From assembly GCF_000014785.1 (NCBI RefSeq), contig NC_008340.1, positions 900,001 through 932,000 of the forward strand: a stretch of DNA of 32,000 bases, in the 5' to 3' direction. Numbering within the stretch: the first letter of the stretch is position 1; each line of letters starts with the position of its first letter. Both the position numbers and the translations under genes were made by a program. Shown piece by piece: positions 29,284 through 32,000 of this stretch. The DNA comes from Alkalilimnicola ehrlichii MLHE-1. Lineage in GTDB: Bacteria; Pseudomonadota; Gammaproteobacteria; Nitrococcales; Halorhodospiraceae. The notes under the pieces were generated by a model. That model made no database searches. It saw nothing but the letters and a program-made list of their open reading frames with translations, and was not told where the DNA came from.

Positions 29284-29595
29284 AACGGCGATTATAGGCC
29301 ACAAGAGGTGGTGCGGCGGGAAGGCCGCGCAGCCGTTGATGAATCCATCGATCCCTAGATCGACTGACAATCCAAGCCCTGGCAACGCCGCAGGCGGTGC
29401 TGAGGCGAGTCTGAACTACCACGCCTGATTCCCACCGGGTCCAACGGCCCAGAATCCCGCGCGGTAATTCAGACCGCAGCGGGTCATTCACGCTCTGCCT
29501 GACCGGCCGGGCGGAAACCCTCTCAGCACAAGCGCCTTGTACTGGCTGGCGATGCCCTCTCCGCATCCCCGGGGCTTCTTTGCTGGGAGGTGACC

Positions 29596-29733
29596 ATGCT
29601 CACCGACGATGACGTACCGCTACCGAGTACCAGCGCCGACGGCCAATGGCCGTCGGCCCGCCGTGGTGTCCGGTTGCCGGGCGCCGGTGGCAGGTTGCGT
29701 GTTCCCGGCCTGACCGGGGGTCATCCCACCTGA
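29596..29733 (+). CDS. Possible 45-aa upstream/leader ORF
   Basis: ATG 29596 is preceded by GGGAGG (29586-29590) at 5 nt. The product is MLTDDDVPLPSTSADGQWPSARRGVRLPGAGGRLRVPGLTGGHPT, and GC3 is ~73% by hand count. It contains a perfect hairpin at 29635-29657. I recognise no homology. Confidence 0.3.
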   Translation: MLTDDDVPLPSTSADGQWPSARRGVRLPGAGGRLRVPGLTGGHPT

Positions 29734-29793
29734 TCCGCTGGCTTCGGCAACCGGGCAAATGCTTGCCATTGCCCTGATTCTGGAGCCGGAGCC

Positions 29794-30639
29794 ATGATTG
29801 AAGCGATCATCCATAACCTCCATCTCGGCCGCACCCGTCGGGCGGCCGATCTCTGCCTGCGTCTCGATGTCGCCGCCCAGGTGCGGTTGTTCTCCGCCCT
29901 GGACGGCAGCGACATTCCCGTGCTGTTCAACCGGGTGCCCTACCGCCGTGCCCTGGCCATCTTCCGCGGCATGAGCGTGGGCGCTCGCCAGCGCCTGCTC
30001 AGTGCGCTCGATCCCGCGGCGGCGGCACGTCTGCTCACCCCGGCGCCCCTGCCCGAGTTGGTGTTGGCGCTGGATGAGACCCCGGTGGAGCGGCTGCAGG
30101 CGATCCTGCGGGCGCTGCCCGCTGATCGGCGGAAGGCGCTGCTGGGTGCCCTGCAGCAACCCTCGGGCGCGGTCGGCCGGTACATGCGGCCGCAGGCGCT
30201 GGCGGTCACCAGCGGCACTCCGGTGGCGGGGGCCCGCGCGAAGCTGTCCCGTCACGAGGCCTATGTCCTGTTTGTGCAGGACGCGCGTGGCCGCTATCTG
30301 GGTTTTGTGACCCGCAGCAGTCTCGCCGGGCGGGATGGCCGCGAGACGGTCGAGCGCGAACTCCTCGGCACGGGGATGACCCTAAGCCCGGACCAGCCCC
30401 TGCGCGGCGTGCGTGGGCTGATGGCCCGTGCCGGTGTTGGCGTGCTGCCGGTGCTGGACGAGTGGGGCGGCCTGGCCGGGGCGCTTCACGGCCGTGACCT
30501 GCCCCCGGTGACCGTCAACGAGGTCCGCGCCCGGCGCCATGGCGGTGGGTTGCGGCGCATGCTCAGCCTGGGTGCGGTGACCGGTGGCCTGATCGGCCTG
30601 CCGCTCATCGCCGCGCTGACACTCGGCGCCCTGGTGTAA
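29794..30639 (+). CDS. MgtE N-domain + CBS-pair protein lacking the MgtE channel domain, with a single C-terminal TM helix
   Basis: 281 aa. It has MgtE_N-like helical repeats (RQRLLSALDPAAAARLL, VERLQAILRALPADRRKALLGAL) and the linker GAVGRYMRPQ (compare SVGRLMTPEY in the next gene). CBS-like blocks end in VGVLPVLDEWGGLAGALHGRDL. The hydrophobic tail is LSLGAVTGGLIGLPLIAALTLGALV. GC3 is high. Confidence 0.8.
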   Translation: MIEAIIHNLHLGRTRRAADLCLRLDVAAQVRLFSALDGSDIPVLFNRVPYRRALAIFRGMSVGARQRLLSALDPAAAARLLTPAPLPELVLALDETPVERLQAILRALPADRRKALLGALQQPSGAVGRYMRPQALAVTSGTPVAGARAKLSRHEAYVLFVQDARGRYLGFVTRSSLAGRDGRETVERELLGTGMTLSPDQPLRGVRGLMARAGVGVLPVLDEWGGLAGALHGRDLPPVTVNEVRARRHGGGLRRMLSLGAVTGGLIGLPLIAALTLGALV

Positions 30640-30698
30640 CCAGAGATTAACCCGGCCCGTGCATCCTCACGGGCCCTGGCCTTGTCAAGGAGGCACCC

Positions 30699-32000
30699 AT
30701 GCAAGAAGAAGAAAACCCGCTTGTCCCCCGGATCCAGGCAGCGCTGGCGGAGCGGCGCTGGAGTGACGTGCGGGAGGCCGTGGCCGACGAGGCGGCCCAG
30801 GACATCGCCGACATCATGCTGGAGCTTGAAAAGGCAGAGCGTATCTTCCTTTTCAAGCTCCTGCCCCGACACCAGGCCAATGAGGTCTTCGCCTACCTCT
30901 CACCGGACAACCAGGACGCGCTCCTGGAGGACATGACCGACGAGGAGACCCGCGAGGTCCTGGCCAGCCTGACGCCGGACGATCGGACCGCGCTGCTGCA
31001 GGAACTGCCGGCGACAGCCACCCAGCGGTTGCTGGAGATGCTGCCCCCCGGGGACCGGCGCCGGGCCCAGCGGCTGTTGGGGTATCCGGATGAGTCGGTG
31101 GGCCGCCTGATGACCCCGGAGTACATCTCGGTGCGCCCCAACTGGACCATTGAACAGGCGCTGGCCCACATCCGTGCCCAGAAGGAGCGGGGCGAGACGG
31201 TGAACGTCATCCACGTCACTGATAACGAAGGCAAGCTGTTGGATGCGCTGTCTATTCGCCGCTTCATCCTGGCTGAGCCGGACAGCACGGTCGAGAGCAT
31301 CATGGACTACCGCTATATCTGTGTCTCGGCCTTCGACGACCGAGAGAAGGCGGTGGAGACCGTGCAGCACTATGACCTCTCGGCCCTGCCGGTGGTGGAC
31401 TCTGAGGGCGTGCTGCTGGGTATCGTTACCCTGGATGACGTGATGGACGTGGCCGAGGCCGAGGCCACCGAGGACTTCCACAAGCTGGGTAGTGTGGGCG
31501 TGCTCAACCTGGGGCTCAAGGACGCCAGCCTGTGGGCCCTGTACCAACGCCGCGTGGGCTGGCTGGTGCTGCTGGTCTTTATCAACATGTTCGGCGGCGA
31601 GATCATCGGGGCTTATGAGGATACCCTGGCCGCCGTGATCGTACTGGTCACCTTCCTGCCGCTGGTGGTGGATACGGCGGGTAACGCCGGCACCCAGTCC
31701 GCCACCCTGATGGTGCGTGGTCTAGCGACCGGTGACGTCAAATCGAAGGATTGGCTGAAGCTGTGGAGCAAGGAGGCCATGGTGTCCGTGGCCCTGGGTG
31801 TCACCCTGGCCGTGGCAGTCGCCTTCCTGGGCATGTATCGCGGAGGTATGGAGATCGCTTACGTGGTGGCGCTGTCCATGGTCGCCGTGGTGTTCATGGG
31901 GAGCATGATCGGCATGCTGCTGCCTTTCATCCTGGCCCGGTTCAAACTGGACCCGGCCACGGCCAGTGCGCCGCTGATCACCTCCATCGCCGACATCTTC
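30699..32000 (+). CDS. mgtE: Magnesium transporter MgtE (3' end beyond the window)
   Basis: It is absent from the ORF track because there is no stop in the window. ATG 30699 follows AAGGAGG. My translation is open for 434 codons to position 32000. It contains ...GYPDESVGRLMTPEYISV..., CBS blocks ALPVVDSEGVLLGIVTLDDVMDVAEAEATEDF, and TM-domain motifs FLPLVVDTAGNAGTQSATL and ASAPLITSIADI. Confidence 0.93.
   Translation, partial: MQEEENPLVPRIQAALAERRWSDVREAVADEAAQDIADIMLELEKAERIFLFKLLPRHQANEVFAYLSPDNQDALLEDMTDEETREVLASLTPDDRTALLQELPATATQRLLEMLPPGDRRRAQRLLGYPDESVGRLMTPEYISVRPNWTIEQALAHIRAQKERGETVNVIHVTDNEGKLLDALSIRRFILAEPDSTVESIMDYRYICVSAFDDREKAVETVQHYDLSALPVVDSEGVLLGIVTLDDVMDVAEAEATEDFHKLGSVGVLNLGLKDASLWALYQRRVGWLVLLVFINMFGGEIIGAYEDTLAAVIVLVTFLPLVVDTAGNAGTQSATLMVRGLATGDVKSKDWLKLWSKEAMVSVALGVTLAVAVAFLGMYRGGMEIAYVVALSMVAVVFMGSMIGMLLPFILARFKLDPATASAPLITSIADIF

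Overview
High-GC (~67-70% in coding regions) gammaproteobacterial-type chromosomal segment. A Chromatiales or Ectothiorhodospiraceae-like source is only a guess. It is mostly core housekeeping genes. On the plus strand: recC-recB-recD (translationally coupled), hemL, and a large DedA-family membrane fusion protein. On the minus strand, one long co-oriented block: metG, rnfA-B-C-D-G-E, a CbbY-like HAD phosphatase coupled to rnfE, nth, and a DUF1841-like gene. On the plus strand again: a tandem crcB pair. A ~1 kb non-coding array of ~92-nt hairpin repeats follows. On the minus strand: a long M48 (HtpX-like) metallopeptidase and uppP. The last 5 kb looks more accessory. It holds a porin gene flanked by two long, ~50% GC non-coding regions, then a channel-less, arginine-rich MgtE N-domain/CBS paralog directly upstream of a full-length mgtE. 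That mgtE runs off the window and is missing from the supplied ORF track. I see no rRNA, tRNA, CRISPR, transposase or recognisable defence system. The best candidates for something undescribed are the MgtE-sensor paralog/mgtE pair with its long leader and upstream small ORF, and the hairpin repeat array. The many long ORFs antisense to real genes are high-GC artefacts.
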